Source: Gammaproteobacteria bacterium
GTDB taxonomy: Bacteria > Pseudomonadota > Gammaproteobacteria > Eutrophobiales > Eutrophobiaceae
NCBI GenBank assembly: GCA_965215365.1
Contig: CBDCDS010000003.1
Span: forward strand, 704,001-768,000
DNA length: 64,000 bases
Direction of reading: 5' to 3'
In this document: one piece after another, positions 1 to 10,607 of the stretch
Numbering within the stretch: position 1 is the first letter of the stretch
Layout of the letters: every line of letters begins with the position of its first letter
Translations under genes and position numbers: made by a program
The notes under the pieces: generated by a model
The model's database searches: none
Told to the model about the DNA's origin: nothing
What the model saw: the letters and a program-made list of their open reading frames with translations, nothing else

Positions 1-2466
1 TCCACCCAGCCGGCGCTGGCACAGAAGGGCGAGGAACTGATCATTGAGGAAATTATTACCATCGGCAGCCGCAGCCAGAAGCCGCGTTCGGCCGTGACCT
101 CAACCGCGCCCATAGACGTATTTTCCGCAGCGGATTTCAACCGCATCGGCAATGCCGCCGACATCACCGACAACCTGAGGGCGTTGACACCTTCCTTTAA
201 CGCCACCACGGCCTCCGGAGATCAGGATACCTTCGTGCGACCCGTCTCCTTGCGCGGGCTGGCGCCGGACCAGACCTTAGTGATGATCAACGGCAAACGC
301 CGCCACCGCGCGGCGCTGGTAGCCGAATTCACCCCCGGCGCCGGCAAGGGCGCGCACGGGCCCAATATCGGCATGATCCCGAGCATAGCGATTAAGAACG
401 TGGAAATCCTGCGGGACGGCGCCGCCGCCCAGTATGGCGCCGATGCCATCGCCGGGGTCGTCAACTTCCAGATGAAGGACGCCGCAGAAGGCGGCGCATT
501 GCGGGTACAATACGGCGAGTTTTACCAGGATGAACAGAGTTATAGGGTGGAGGGCAATATCGGCCTGCCGCTGGGCGCAAACGGTTTCATCAATGCCAGC
601 ATGGAATACTCCGATAATGAGGCCCTGTCCCGCGGCCACCAGCGTCCCAATGCCCAGACCCTGATCGATAACGGCGTCGCCGTGGGTCAGGACACCCCGT
701 TCGACGATGCGCCGCTGGCCCAGACCTGGGGGCGTCCGGCGTCCGCGAACATGTTGCTGTTCGTGAACGCCGGCTTGGCTGTCAGCGACCATGCCGAACT
801 CTATCTGCACGGGAATTACGCCGAGACCGATGGGCGCTACCGTTTCTTTTTTCGCAACCCCGAGTTTCCGGCGGGTTGCAGCCTCAGCACCAGTACCACG
901 CCTTGTGTCGTTGAGCCCCATTCACACCTGCGCCCGCTGCGGGCGGCGGGTCTGACCGGCGTACCGGCGGGGTTCACGCCGTATTTCGATGGCGACCATA
1001 CCGACTTCAGCGTAGTCGGCGGCGTCAAGGGCGACTTCAATGGTTTGTTCTACGATCTCAGCGTCGGCTACGGTGAGGACGATCTGGACTTTTACCTGCA
1101 CAATACCATCAGTCGCGATCCGGCCCTAGCTGTGAACGCCGATGGCAGCGCCGGTCAGCGTGGTTTCGATGTCGGCGCTTGGAGTCAGGAAGAAGTGAGC
1201 GTGAACCTGGACCTGTCCCGACAGCTCACCGAGCGTGTGCACTTTGCCACGGGTTTTGAATGGCGCGAGGAAACCTTCATCATCACCCCCGGTGAGCCCG
1301 CCTCCTGGTCCGGTGCCGGCGCCAGCGGCTTCAAGGGGTTCGTGCCCAGCGATTCGGGCTCTTTTGCGCGGGATAATTATGCACTTTACGGTGAACTGGA
1401 AGTAGAGCTGACCGACAGGATGTTGATGCAATACGCAGTGCGCTACGAGGACTTCTCGGACTTTGGCAGCACCATCAACGGCAAACTGGCGGCGCGTTAC
1501 GACCTGTTTGATTTCCTGACCCTGCGCGGCGCCGTGTCCACCGGCTTCCATGCGCCCACGCCCGGCCAGTCCAACGTGCGTAAAGTGACCACGACCTTCG
1601 ATGCCAACCTGAACGTTTCGGTGGAAGAGGGCACGCTTCCCCCCGGCCATCCGTTGGTGCAGGCGGCCGGCGGCGCGCCGTTAAAGGAGGAACAATCCGT
1701 CAACCTCAGCATGGGCTTTGCCGCCGACCTCACGGAGGTCTTCGGTGGCGCCTATACCACCCTGACCGTGGATTTTTACGAGATAAAAATCGACGACCGT
1801 ATCTACAAAACCAGTAGCGCCTTTCCGGCGCCCCATCCTGACAGCGTCACGCCGGATTGCAACGACGTAAGAGCGTTGTGCACCAACATTTCATTTTTCA
1901 CCAACGCCCTAGATATGGAGTCCCAGGGGGTGGACATAGTGCTGACCTCTGCCCTTAATTGGAGTGCTGCAGTCAGCACCGACCTCAGCTTTGCCTTTAG
2001 CTACAACGAAGTCGATGTGACCGGCCAGAACGCAATCAACGGCCAACTGCCCGTGTCCGCGGCGGCGGTGGAAGATATCGAACACAGTTATCCCAACGAG
2101 CGTTTCGTCATTACCGCCTTCACCACGTTCAGCGATAAAGCCGACCTGATGGTGCGCGCCAATTACTACGGTTCCCACTACGACCAGAATGGCCGCATTC
2201 ACGGCACGCCCCCCTCCGCCCTGCTGGGCGCGGAAGTCTTCGTTGACCTGGAACTGGGTTACAACTTCAACGACAACCTGCGCTTCGTGGTGGGTGGTTC
2301 CAACATCTTCGATGCGTTCGTCGACAAGATCCGCCCCACCGACACCTGCGGCAGCGAAGGTCTGACCTGCGCCAACCGCTGGAGTCAAGGCATGCCCTAC
2401 GCCCGCCGCGCCGCGGCTAACTACGAAGGCGGCTCCTGGTACGTGCGGGCCGGTTACAGCTGGTAG
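1..2466 (+). CDS. TonB-dependent outer-membrane receptor (5' end outside window)
   Basis: Frame open from base 1 (TonB-box-like EEIITIGSR), plug motifs LRGL..QTLVMINGKR and VEILRDGAAAQYGADAIAGVVN, C-terminal aromatic residue (YVRAGYSW). Confidence 0.93.
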   Translation, partial: STQPALAQKGEELIIEEIITIGSRSQKPRSAVTSTAPIDVFSAADFNRIGNAADITDNLRALTPSFNATTASGDQDTFVRPVSLRGLAPDQTLVMINGKRRHRAALVAEFTPGAGKGAHGPNIGMIPSIAIKNVEILRDGAAAQYGADAIAGVVNFQMKDAAEGGALRVQYGEFYQDEQSYRVEGNIGLPLGANGFINASMEYSDNEALSRGHQRPNAQTLIDNGVAVGQDTPFDDAPLAQTWGRPASANMLLFVNAGLAVSDHAELYLHGNYAETDGRYRFFFRNPEFPAGCSLSTSTTPCVVEPHSHLRPLRAAGLTGVPAGFTPYFDGDHTDFSVVGGVKGDFNGLFYDLSVGYGEDDLDFYLHNTISRDPALAVNADGSAGQRGFDVGAWSQEEVSVNLDLSRQLTERVHFATGFEWREETFIITPGEPASWSGAGASGFKGFVPSDSGSFARDNYALYGELEVELTDRMLMQYAVRYEDFSDFGSTINGKLAARYDLFDFLTLRGAVSTGFHAPTPGQSNVRKVTTTFDANLNVSVEEGTLPPGHPLVQAAGGAPLKEEQSVNLSMGFAADLTEVFGGAYTTLTVDFYEIKIDDRIYKTSSAFPAPHPDSVTPDCNDVRALCTNISFFTNALDMESQGVDIVLTSALNWSAAVSTDLSFAFSYNEVDVTGQNAINGQLPVSAAAVEDIEHSYPNERFVITAFTTFSDKADLMVRANYYGSHYDQNGRIHGTPPSALLGAEVFVDLELGYNFNDNLRFVVGGSNIFDAFVDKIRPTDTCGSEGLTCANRWSQGMPYARRAAANYEGGSWYVRAGYSW

Positions 2467-2700
2467 TGCTTGGATTCGTTCTCGGTAATGTCGTTCAATA
2501 TATGGAGCGGGAACATCCCAAACGATTTCGCGCGGTACTGAACGGGAGCGCAGAAAAGATTCCCGGTATTGACAAGATCGATACGGAGGGGACCAACGAC
2601 GGGCGATTACTACTTCGGTTCAACGACAAGGGTTTCCAGGACCCATTCTACGCGCAGCAGATGTCGGACGGGACATTAAAAGTGTTCGCTTCGTATCCTG
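2466..2700 (+). pseudogene. Internal fragment of an AAA_21-type ABC-like ATPase
   Basis: KIPGIDKIDTE..DGRLLLRFNDKGFQDPFYAQQMSDGTLKVFA carries the ABC-signature-like SDGT; no Walker A or B; the rest of the ORF is antisense to the flippase. Confidence 0.7.
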
Positions 2701-4278
2701 CTAGCGCTTGGCTGAACCCTGCGCTCTTGCCAACCATTTCAGCCCTGTTCTCAAGTAATGCCCCGGCGGCCCGAGTGCTTCGAGAGGCAGGTCGGTGCTT
2801 ACCCAGCCCAGTGATGCCGGACGCACCGCGGGTGGGGCGAAGTATATCGCTGCGATTAACGTTGCCAGCCAGACCAATACCTTGATAACAAGCGCCGGGA
2901 AATCCGGCAAGGCCAGGGTACGAGTCAGTTCTGTTGTCAGCAATAACACCATGGCGGTGCAGAGCGCTACCCATAAGGCCGGCACGCAGCAGTGCATGAA
3001 ACGGCGCGCGCCAAGTTTCAACAATGAAACCGATAACTGCGTCAATAGCAGGTAAGCGATAATCTGGGTGCTGACCACGACCATGACTACCTGCTCCAGA
3101 CCCCAGTGGCTGGCATACCAGGCACCAAGCACGACCAGCACGGCCTGCAAGCCCTGACGCCAAGCCAGACGATACACCGCGCCGACGGCGCTGATGCAGG
3201 CATGATTTAACACATCACACAGCTGAAACGGCATGGCAATCGCAAGCATCTGCAGCAGCACAATAACCGGTTCCCATTGTTCCCCCAGAATGACCAGAAC
3301 GATCTCCGGTGCGGCCAGGAACAGCATGACGCTCAAAGGCAATGCCAGCAGTGACAATATCTCCAGACCATGCCGGTAAACCGTTGTAAGGCGCTCAGTC
3401 CCATGCTGTCGCTGTGCCATGGCCGGAAACAATACTCGCAGCAAATTCTGACCGACGTAGTTTTTCGGCGCCAAAATAAGTCTATCAGCGCGTGTATAGT
3501 AGCCTAGCGCCGCCGCGCCCAGCCAGCGCCCGATGATGAAGTGGCTACCCTGACGGGCGATGAACTCAAACATCCTTGCCAGAGAAAAACCTGCGCCGGT
3601 GGACATCAGCTCTGTCGCTTCTCTCCCTGACCAACGTGGGTAAAGACGATGGCGTGTATAGCAAAGCGCCATGACCGTGTGGATCACCCGGTAGCTGAGC
3701 TCCCCCCAGACCAGTGACCACACGCCATAGCCCTGGTAAGCAAGCACGACGGCAGTAAATCCGTAACCGATACAGTAGGCGCTGACATCCACAATCATCA
3801 GAGCGCCGAAGCGCAGGTCACGACGTAACAAGTGAGCAGGGACACTGCCAATGCCGTTGATAACGAATATCGCCGACAAGGTCTGCAGGATATGTGTTGC
3901 GGTTGGCTGCTGGAAAAATTCCCCGATAACCGGCGCAGACAACCAAACCAGCCCGGTGAGCGCAGCGCCGATTGTGAGCGATAGCGTGCAGCCGGTTTGG
4001 ATATGACCCGAGCTCAGCTCAGACCGCTGGATAATTGCCGGGCCCACAAATGACTGGCCCAACCTGCTGCCCATGGTGATGAAAATCCAGGCAATGCCGA
4101 ACAGCCCGAATTCAACCGGTGTGAGCAGCCGGGCCAGGAGTACCAGCACCAGTAAAGACAGGAGCACCTTGATAAAGGCAGCCAGATAGGACCATCCCAG
4201 TCCGCTGAGCGTGCGTGCGCTCAGGCCTTGTTGCGGCCCGGCGCCAGCGCGGCCCGGCAATGGGTCGATGTGCATCAA
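2701..4278 (-). CDS. Polysaccharide flippase (Wzx/WzxC-like, PST family)
   Basis: Multi-TM protein with LARLLTPVEFGLFGIA, IIGRWLGAAALGYYTRA and VLFPAMA motifs. Confidence 0.88.
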   Translation of the reverse strand: MMHIDPLPGRAGAGPQQGLSARTLSGLGWSYLAAFIKVLLSLLVLVLLARLLTPVEFGLFGIAWIFITMGSRLGQSFVGPAIIQRSELSSGHIQTGCTLSLTIGAALTGLVWLSAPVIGEFFQQPTATHILQTLSAIFVINGIGSVPAHLLRRDLRFGALMIVDVSAYCIGYGFTAVVLAYQGYGVWSLVWGELSYRVIHTVMALCYTRHRLYPRWSGREATELMSTGAGFSLARMFEFIARQGSHFIIGRWLGAAALGYYTRADRLILAPKNYVGQNLLRVLFPAMAQRQHGTERLTTVYRHGLEILSLLALPLSVMLFLAAPEIVLVILGEQWEPVIVLLQMLAIAMPFQLCDVLNHACISAVGAVYRLAWRQGLQAVLVVLGAWYASHWGLEQVVMVVVSTQIIAYLLLTQLSVSLLKLGARRFMHCCVPALWVALCTAMVLLLTTELTRTLALPDFPALVIKVLVWLATLIAAIYFAPPAVRPASLGWVSTDLPLEALGPPGHYLRTGLKWLARAQGSAKR

Positions 4279-4667
4279 GTGACAAGAGTCCGATAGAGGT
4301 CGCTCATCGTCGCCGCCGCGGCCTGCTAGGTATAACGCTCGGTAACCAGTTTGTGTCCCTGCTCGCCCATGCTCCGGCGCAGCTCCTTATCGGTCAGCAG
4401 TTGCTCCATGGCGTGGGCAATGGATGCTGTATCAGCTTCGGCGCTGAGCCCCGCCCCGTATTCCGAGATCTCCGGGAACTCGCATCCCGTGGTGATGACC
4501 ACCGGCACGCGCGCCGCCAATGCTTCCAGTACGGCAATGCCCAGCATCTCTTGCCCGGCAAGCGCCGCAGCCAGTTCCGCCACCGCAGGCGCCGGCCCGC
4601 CCCATGCCGGTGACATACTCGGCGTAACGTGAAGTACCTTCAACTTCTCCTCGGTTTTCTGGCGCAT
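4275..4667 (-). pseudogene. GT4 glycosyltransferase pseudogene (large internal deletion plus nonsense codon)
   Basis: N-terminal KVLHVTPSMSPAWGGP joined directly to C-terminal EMLGIAVLEALAARVPVV; TAG at 4326-4328 where RYTW is expected; frame continues QAAAATMSDLYRTLVT to a TGA overlapping the flippase ATG. Confidence 0.8.
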
Positions 4668-4752
4668 AATTTAACGAATTATCGTATTAACGGAGCCATT
4701 ATAATCGTTTGGGTAATTGGCTGGGCTACTCAATGCCTGATAAAATCGGCCA

Positions 4753-6075
4753 ATGTCCAACCGGCGTAAGCAACGTGCAGCCATCCCCCTCCCGGCGTCC
4801 ATAACATCCCTCGCCCACGAAGGCCGGGGCATTGCCCGTATCAACGGCAAGACCGTATTGATTGACGGTGCGCTGGCGGGGGAACAGGTGCGGTTTCTCT
4901 ACACCAGAAAGCGCGGGCAGTTTGCTGAGGGGCGTACGGTTGAAGTGCTGAAGCCGTCGGCCTTGCGGGTGGCGCCGCGCTGCCCCCACTATGGCTTATG
5001 CGGCGGTTGCAGCCTGATGCACCTGGACGGTGACGAGCAGATTTTGCATAAGCAAGCAGTGTTGCTGGAACAACTGCGGCACTGCGGCGGGCTGGAGCCA
5101 GAACAGGTGCTGCCGCCAATGTCGGCGGCACGCTGGGGCTATCGGCGCAAGGCCCGGCTGGGGGTGAAATACGTCGCCGGCAAGGGCAAGGTGCTGGTCG
5201 GTTTCAGAGAGAAACACAGCAGTTTTATTGCCGACATTGATTCCTGCGAAGTCCTGCACCCGTTGCTTGGCAAGACTATCGGGCAACTCAAGGAACTGCT
5301 GCACAAGCTGTCGGTGTACCGACAGATACCGCAGTTGGAAGTGGCTGTGAGCGATACGGTGGCCGCCGTCGTAATACGGCATCTGGCGCCCTTGACCGAC
5401 GCTGACAGAAGCATCCTGGCCGACTATGAGGCCGGGCGCCCGCTCAGGTTTTACCTGCAACCTAGCGGGCCTGACAGTGTGCACAGTCTGTCTGAGCGGC
5501 CCGAACAGAGTTTGTATTACCGGCTGGATAATCACGACCTCACCGTGGAGTTCCTGCCCATGGATTTCACCCAGGTAAATTTCGAGCTCAACGCCCTGCT
5601 GGTCGATCGGGTTATCGAACTGCTGGAGCCGGGCGCCACGGACACGCTGCTGGACCTGTTCTGTGGACTGGGCAACTTTACCCTTGCCGGTGCCAGATAT
5701 GCGCGGCGCGCCATCGGGCTGGAGGGTGCGCCGGAACTGGTGCGCCGGGCGCAGGAGAACGCACGTAACAACAGGCTCGCCAATGTCGATTTCAGCGTGT
5801 GCGACCTGTCCAAACCCGACCGGTGCGCTGAGCTGAACAGGTTTGAGCACAACAAGGTGCTGCTGGACCCGCCGCGCAGCGGCGCGCGCGAGGTGATCGA
5901 ACAGCTGGACCTGCGGCAGGTGGAAAAGCTGGTATATGTTTCCTGCAACCCGGCGACCCTGGCCCGGGACGCCGGCATCCTGGTCAATAAAGGAGGATTA
6001 AAACTGGTCGCGGCCGGGGTTATGGACATGTTTCCCCACACTGCCCATGTTGAATCCATCGCCTTGTTTGCGTAG
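4753..6075 (+). CDS. rlmD: 23S rRNA (uracil1939-C5)-methyltransferase
   Basis: TRAM domain, 4Fe-4S motif CPHYGLCGGC, DLFCGLGNF, LDPPRSG, YVSCNPATLARD, DMFPHTAHVES. Confidence 0.95.
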   Translation: MSNRRKQRAAIPLPASITSLAHEGRGIARINGKTVLIDGALAGEQVRFLYTRKRGQFAEGRTVEVLKPSALRVAPRCPHYGLCGGCSLMHLDGDEQILHKQAVLLEQLRHCGGLEPEQVLPPMSAARWGYRRKARLGVKYVAGKGKVLVGFREKHSSFIADIDSCEVLHPLLGKTIGQLKELLHKLSVYRQIPQLEVAVSDTVAAVVIRHLAPLTDADRSILADYEAGRPLRFYLQPSGPDSVHSLSERPEQSLYYRLDNHDLTVEFLPMDFTQVNFELNALLVDRVIELLEPGATDTLLDLFCGLGNFTLAGARYARRAIGLEGAPELVRRAQENARNNRLANVDFSVCDLSKPDRCAELNRFEHNKVLLDPPRSGAREVIEQLDLRQVEKLVYVSCNPATLARDAGILVNKGGLKLVAAGVMDMFPHTAHVESIALFA

Positions 6076-6085
6076 GGTAAGGCCC

Positions 6086-6589
6086 ATGAGCGCCCAAAAT
6101 TACAAGATCGACATTGACCTGACCCGGCAGGCGTTACAGCTGCTGGGAGCGGCTGGCGTGGTGCGCGAGTACCCGGTATCGACCGGAAAAAACGGTATCG
6201 GCGAACAGCTTGACAGCGGTTGCACGCCACGTGGCCGACACCGCATCGCGGCGCTGATCGGCGCCGGCTGCCGGCCCAATACGGTGTTTGTCGGCAGGAC
6301 GCCAACCGGGGAGCTGTATGACCCGACACTACGCCGACGTTACCCCGACCGGGATTGGATTCTCACCCGCATCATCTGGTTGCGCGGTGAGGAACCGGGA
6401 TTTAATCAGGGGGGCGCGGTAGATACTTACCACCGCTATATTTACATCCATGGCGCGCCCGACGAGGCGCCGATGGGCGTGCCCGGTTCCGCCGGGTGCA
6501 TACGCATGCGCAACCATGACGTGATGGAATTATTCGGCCTGGTCAGTGAAGGGGGTGAAGTAAACCTGTTCGAGTCCGGTCATGGGTGA
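6086..6589 (+). CDS. L,D-transpeptidase family protein (YkuD)
   Basis: YPVSTG..TPRG and IYIHG..SAGCIRM catalytic motif; ATG at 6086 preferred. Confidence 0.88.
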   Translation: MSAQNYKIDIDLTRQALQLLGAAGVVREYPVSTGKNGIGEQLDSGCTPRGRHRIAALIGAGCRPNTVFVGRTPTGELYDPTLRRRYPDRDWILTRIIWLRGEEPGFNQGGAVDTYHRYIYIHGAPDEAPMGVPGSAGCIRMRNHDVMELFGLVSEGGEVNLFESGHG

Positions 6590-7565
6590 CAAAACGGTGC
6601 TGCTGACCGGTGGGGCCGGTTATATCGGCAGCCACGTTGCCCTGGACCTGCTGCAGGAAGGCTACGAGGTCATTGTCTTAGATGACTTGTCCCGGGGTTT
6701 TGCCGCAGCGGTTAGCGGTTGTGAACTGATTCAGGGCGACACCGGCAACAAGGAGCTGTTGGGGCTGCTGCTGGACAAACGCCAGATCGGCGCGGTGATG
6801 CACTTTGCCGGCTCTACCATCGTGCCGGAGTCTGTTGCCAACCCGCTGCAATACTACGCAAACAACACCGTCAAGTCGCGCGCTCTGATAGAGGTGTGCG
6901 TGCAGACCGGTGTCAAACACTTCGTGTTCTCCTCCACCGCGGCGGTATATGGCATCCCGGAATCCGGTCAGGCTACCCTGCAAACCCCCACCGAACCCGT
7001 GAACCCTTATGGGCGGTCCAAGCTCATGACCGAGCTCATGCTCCGGGACGTAGCCGCTATCGCGCCCCTGACCTACACTACCTTGCGCTACTTCAACGTG
7101 GCCGGCGCCGACCCGCAAGGCCGCATTGGGCAGTCCACCCCGGATTGCACCCTGTTAATCAAGGTTGCCTGTGCCACCGCCTTGGGCCGCCGCCGGCAAC
7201 TGCACATCTACGGCACGGATTATCCGACCCCGGACGGCACCGGTATCAGAGACTATATCCACGTCAGCGATCTGGCCGCCGCGCATGTTCTGGCGCTGCA
7301 GCGCCTGCAGGGTGGCGGCGAGTCCATCACCCTGAATTGCGGCTATGGTCACGGTTACAGCGTTTGGGAAGTGGTGCGGGCGGTGGAGCAGGTGCATGGC
7401 AGCCCCATCCCCGTTGTTGAGTCGGAACGGCGCCGCGGCGACCCGCCCACCCTGATCGCAGACCCCAGCTTGGCGCAGGAGGCTCTGGACTGGCAGCCGC
7501 GTTATGACGATTTGGAGTTTATGGTTCGCAGCAGCTATGACTGGGAGAGAAAACCGCGGTATTAA
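6582..7565 (+). CDS. galE: UDP-glucose 4-epimerase
   Basis: TGGAGYIGSH, YGRSK, LRYFNVAGA, YPTPDGTGIRDYIHV. Confidence 0.94.
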   Translation: MGDKTVLLTGGAGYIGSHVALDLLQEGYEVIVLDDLSRGFAAAVSGCELIQGDTGNKELLGLLLDKRQIGAVMHFAGSTIVPESVANPLQYYANNTVKSRALIEVCVQTGVKHFVFSSTAAVYGIPESGQATLQTPTEPVNPYGRSKLMTELMLRDVAAIAPLTYTTLRYFNVAGADPQGRIGQSTPDCTLLIKVACATALGRRRQLHIYGTDYPTPDGTGIRDYIHVSDLAAAHVLALQRLQGGGESITLNCGYGHGYSVWEVVRAVEQVHGSPIPVVESERRRGDPPTLIADPSLAQEALDWQPRYDDLEFMVRSSYDWERKPRY

Positions 7566-8347
7566 CCGGCATCATCATTCCACGCCTCAAGAAACGCCCG
7601 CAGGTGTGGCTTGTCCTCCTGCGCCAGCTTGTGCCGCAGTAACTCACACGCATCCCGGTAACCTTGCTCTGAATGCCGCCCACTGATAAGCAAGTAGCGC
7701 AGATAGACCAGGTAAGTATTGAGCACATCTGTCTCACAGTAATCCCGGATGGCTTCAATGTCACCCGCCAGATAGCGCTCCCATACCTTGTTGCCGGCCA
7801 TGCCCATCTTGCCCGGGAAGCCCAGCATGGTGGCAATCGCGTCCAGTGGCGCCGCCGCGCGCAGTTCATAGCCGGCCAGCACATCCATCAAATCGGTATG
7901 GCGCTGGTGAAAACGGTTGATGTAGTTGTTCCAGCGGAAGCTCTGGTCATCAGCGCCGGTTTCCCAATACCTGGGCGCCTGGACACCATGCAACAGTGAG
8001 CGGTAATGCAGCACCGGCAGGTCGAAGCCGCGCCCGTTCCAGGATACCAGCGTGGGCGTGTATCTTTCTATGCCGTCAAAAAAACGTTGCAGCAGTTCTG
8101 CTTCGGGCGACTCCGGCGTCCCCAGTGACCAGACACTGACCCCATCACGAGTTGCCAGTACCACTGAGATCGCCACCACCCGGTGCAGGTGCAAGCGCAG
8201 CAGGTCGGACGCGTTGTCGGTCTCCTGGCGCCGTAGTTTGAACATGGCCGCAGCTGCGTCCTGGTCGGAAAGACCCTCAAATCCGTGCAGGCACCGTCCG
8301 CTTTCGACATCGGGTATGGTTTCTATGTCAAAGACCAGGATATTCAT
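7562..8347 (-). CDS. PolB-like 3'-5' exonuclease
   Basis: FDIET (ExoI), WNGRGFD (ExoII), YCETD (ExoIII). Confidence 0.9.
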   Translation of the reverse strand: MNILVFDIETIPDVESGRCLHGFEGLSDQDAAAAMFKLRRQETDNASDLLRLHLHRVVAISVVLATRDGVSVWSLGTPESPEAELLQRFFDGIERYTPTLVSWNGRGFDLPVLHYRSLLHGVQAPRYWETGADDQSFRWNNYINRFHQRHTDLMDVLAGYELRAAAPLDAIATMLGFPGKMGMAGNKVWERYLAGDIEAIRDYCETDVLNTYLVYLRYLLISGRHSEQGYRDACELLRHKLAQEDKPHLRAFLEAWNDDAG

Positions 8348-8367
8348 CGTGTTCAGTTAATCCGGGG

Positions 8368-9297
8368 TCAGTCCGGGAAGACACCGGAGGAAAGATAACG
8401 GTCGCCGCGGTCGCAGATGATCACGACAATAGTGGCGTTTTCCAGCCCCTCGGCCAGACGCAGCGCCGCTGACACCGCGCCGCCGGAGGAAATGCCGGCA
8501 AAGATACCCTCCTCAGCCGCCAGCTGTCGGGTCATGTCTTCGGCTTCCTCGGGCGTCACGTCAATGACTCGATCCACCCGTTCCCGCTGGAAGATCCTGG
8601 GCAGATATTCCTTCGGCCAACGCCGGATACCGGGGATACTTTCATCACCGGCAGGCTGCACCCCGATAATCTGTACCTGATCATTCTTTTCCTTCAAATA
8701 TTTCGAGACGCCCATGATTGTTCCGGTGGTGCCCATGGCGCTGACAAAATGAGTCACGCGGCCCTGCGTGTCGCGCCAGATTTCCGGCCCCGTACCTTCA
8801 TAATGGGCCAGCGGATTATCCGGGTTGGCAAACTGGTCCAGGATCTTGCCCTTGCCTGCCCGTTCCATTGCCTCAGCCAGGTCGCGCGCGCCTTCCATGC
8901 CTTCTGCTTTGGTAACCAGCACCAGTTCTGCGCCAAAGGCACGCATGGTGCGGCGCCGTTCAACACTCAGGTTGTCCGGCATGATCAGGATCATCCGGTA
9001 ACCGCGCATGGCGGCCGCCATCGCCAGGGCGATACCGGTGTTGCCGCTGGTCGCTTCGAGCAGCACCTCGCCGGGCTTGAGCTCCCCGCGCGCCTCCGCC
9101 CGCCGGATCATACTCAATGCCGGCCGGTCCTTCACCGACCCTGCGGGGTTATTGCCCTCCAGCTTGGCCAGGATGGTATTGGAAGTCTCGCCGGGCAGGC
9201 GTTGCAGCCTCACCAGCGGGGTATTGCCGACGCTGGCATCGACGGTCGGATAGTCAGCCGGCGTCAGCACAGAGCTTGCCTTGCGCCACTGCTTCAC
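8368..9297 (-). CDS. cysM: Cysteine synthase B
   Basis: KLEGNNPAGSVKDR, EATSGNTG, IPGIRRWP, CDRGDRYLS. Confidence 0.95.
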   Translation of the reverse strand: MKQWRKASSVLTPADYPTVDASVGNTPLVRLQRLPGETSNTILAKLEGNNPAGSVKDRPALSMIRRAEARGELKPGEVLLEATSGNTGIALAMAAAMRGYRMILIMPDNLSVERRRTMRAFGAELVLVTKAEGMEGARDLAEAMERAGKGKILDQFANPDNPLAHYEGTGPEIWRDTQGRVTHFVSAMGTTGTIMGVSKYLKEKNDQVQIIGVQPAGDESIPGIRRWPKEYLPRIFQRERVDRVIDVTPEEAEDMTRQLAAEEGIFAGISSGGAVSAALRLAEGLENATIVVIICDRGDRYLSSGVFPD

Positions 9298-9306
9298 GCC
9301 ATTTCT

Positions 9307-9777
9307 TCACATCATTTCCCTGGCCATGATGATGGCATCTTCCCGTCCGAATCCGGCGGGATAATAACCGGCGCGCAGGCCCACTTCCACAAACCCGCGC
9401 CGTTCATAAAAGCTGCGTGCGCCGGCATTGGATGTTCTCACCTCCAGAAACGTGGCGGCTGCCTCACGCTTTCCGGCATAATCCAGCATGGACTTCAATA
9501 AATGATCACCCAGCCCCATACTCTGCCGCTCCGGATCTACGCATAAATTCAACAGGTGCGCTTCGTGCGCGCCCAGGGTCATGATCGCATACGCGGCGAT
9601 TTTTCCTTTCAATTCCAGCACCCGGCAACAATAGTTGTCACGCAGACAGCCCTTGAAGATATTCCTGTTCCAGGGAAACGCGTACGCTGCAATTTCAATT
9701 TGCAATATCTCACCCAAATCCGCCTCCAGCATAGGGCGCAGGTTCATTCGCATCTCATCCGGCGTCGCGGCCTTCAT
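9307..9777 (-). CDS. rimI: Ribosomal protein S18 alanine N-acetyltransferase
   Basis: FPW, EAHLLNLCV, FLEVRTSN, YY..REDAIIM. Confidence 0.92.
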   Translation of the reverse strand: MKAATPDEMRMNLRPMLEADLGEILQIEIAAYAFPWNRNIFKGCLRDNYCCRVLELKGKIAAYAIMTLGAHEAHLLNLCVDPERQSMGLGDHLLKSMLDYAGKREAAATFLEVRTSNAGARSFYERRGFVEVGLRAGYYPAGFGREDAIIMAREMM

Positions 9778-10607
9778 GTCTGTTCGTTGTAGATCGTCAT
9801 CGCCAACTGCAAATCCTGCCAGGATTTCCTCTTCTCCCGGGGCGAACGCAGCAGATAAGCAGGGTGGTATGTTACCACGACCGGCACCGGCGGGTCACCG
9901 TACTGGAAGCGTTGGCCGCGCATTTTGCCGATGGGGGTTTCCGTCTTCAGCAGGTTCTGCGCGGCCACCCGGCCCAGCGCCAGGATGAGCCTGGGCTTGA
10001 CGGTATTTATCTGTTGCGCCAGATAATTCTCGCAGGCCAGAACCTCCTCGGGTCTGGGATCGCGATTATTGGGCGGGCGGCATTTCAGGATGTTGGCGAT
10101 GAATACCTGTTGCCGGGCCAGACCCAGCGCTTGCAACATGGCATCGAGCAGCTTGCCGGCGCGACCGACAAAAGGTTCGCCGCGCCGATCTTCCTCGGCG
10201 CCCGGCGCCTCGCCGATCAACATCAGCTCGGCATTGACGTCGCCAACGCCGAATACGGTCTGTGTCCTGCCTTCATGCAAAGGACACAGGCGACAGCCCG
10301 CTACCTGACGCTGCAACGCCTCCCAGTCAGGTGTCGCCCCGTCGCCCGGTTGCGCGGTAAGCGCCCTGGCGCCAACGGGAGCAGCCGGATCAACCACGTC
10401 AGCAGCCAATACATTGCCGGCAACAACTTTCAGGTCGGCCTCTTCAAGCAGCAGGCGAGAGCCTGTCCCCGCCGTACTTTCATGGCCGGAGACCGGCACA
10501 GAATCCGTCCCTTTCAGACCTGCTCGCTCGCGCACCCGGTACACCTCGATGCCGAGAGCTTCCAGGTATTGGTATTGTCGGGGCGCCAGCCGCATACCCG
10601 GTCTCAC
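9774..10607 (-). CDS. Uracil-DNA glycosylase family 4
   Basis: [38 protein letters not shown]. Confidence 0.92.
   Translation of the reverse strand: MRPGMRLAPRQYQYLEALGIEVYRVRERAGLKGTDSVPVSGHESTAGTGSRLLLEEADLKVVAGNVLAADVVDPAAPVGARALTAQPGDGATPDWEALQRQVAGCRLCPLHEGRTQTVFGVGDVNAELMLIGEAPGAEEDRRGEPFVGRAGKLLDAMLQALGLARQQVFIANILKCRPPNNRDPRPEEVLACENYLAQQINTVKPRLILALGRVAAQNLLKTETPIGKMRGQRFQYGDPPVPVVVTYHPAYLLRSPREKRKSWQDLQLAMTIYNEQT

Noticed and set aside
4326-4328. Possible TAG read-through or recoding in the GT4 gene
   Set aside because: The gene also lacks most of its core, and TAG is used as a normal stop elsewhere in the window; simple pseudogenisation explains it
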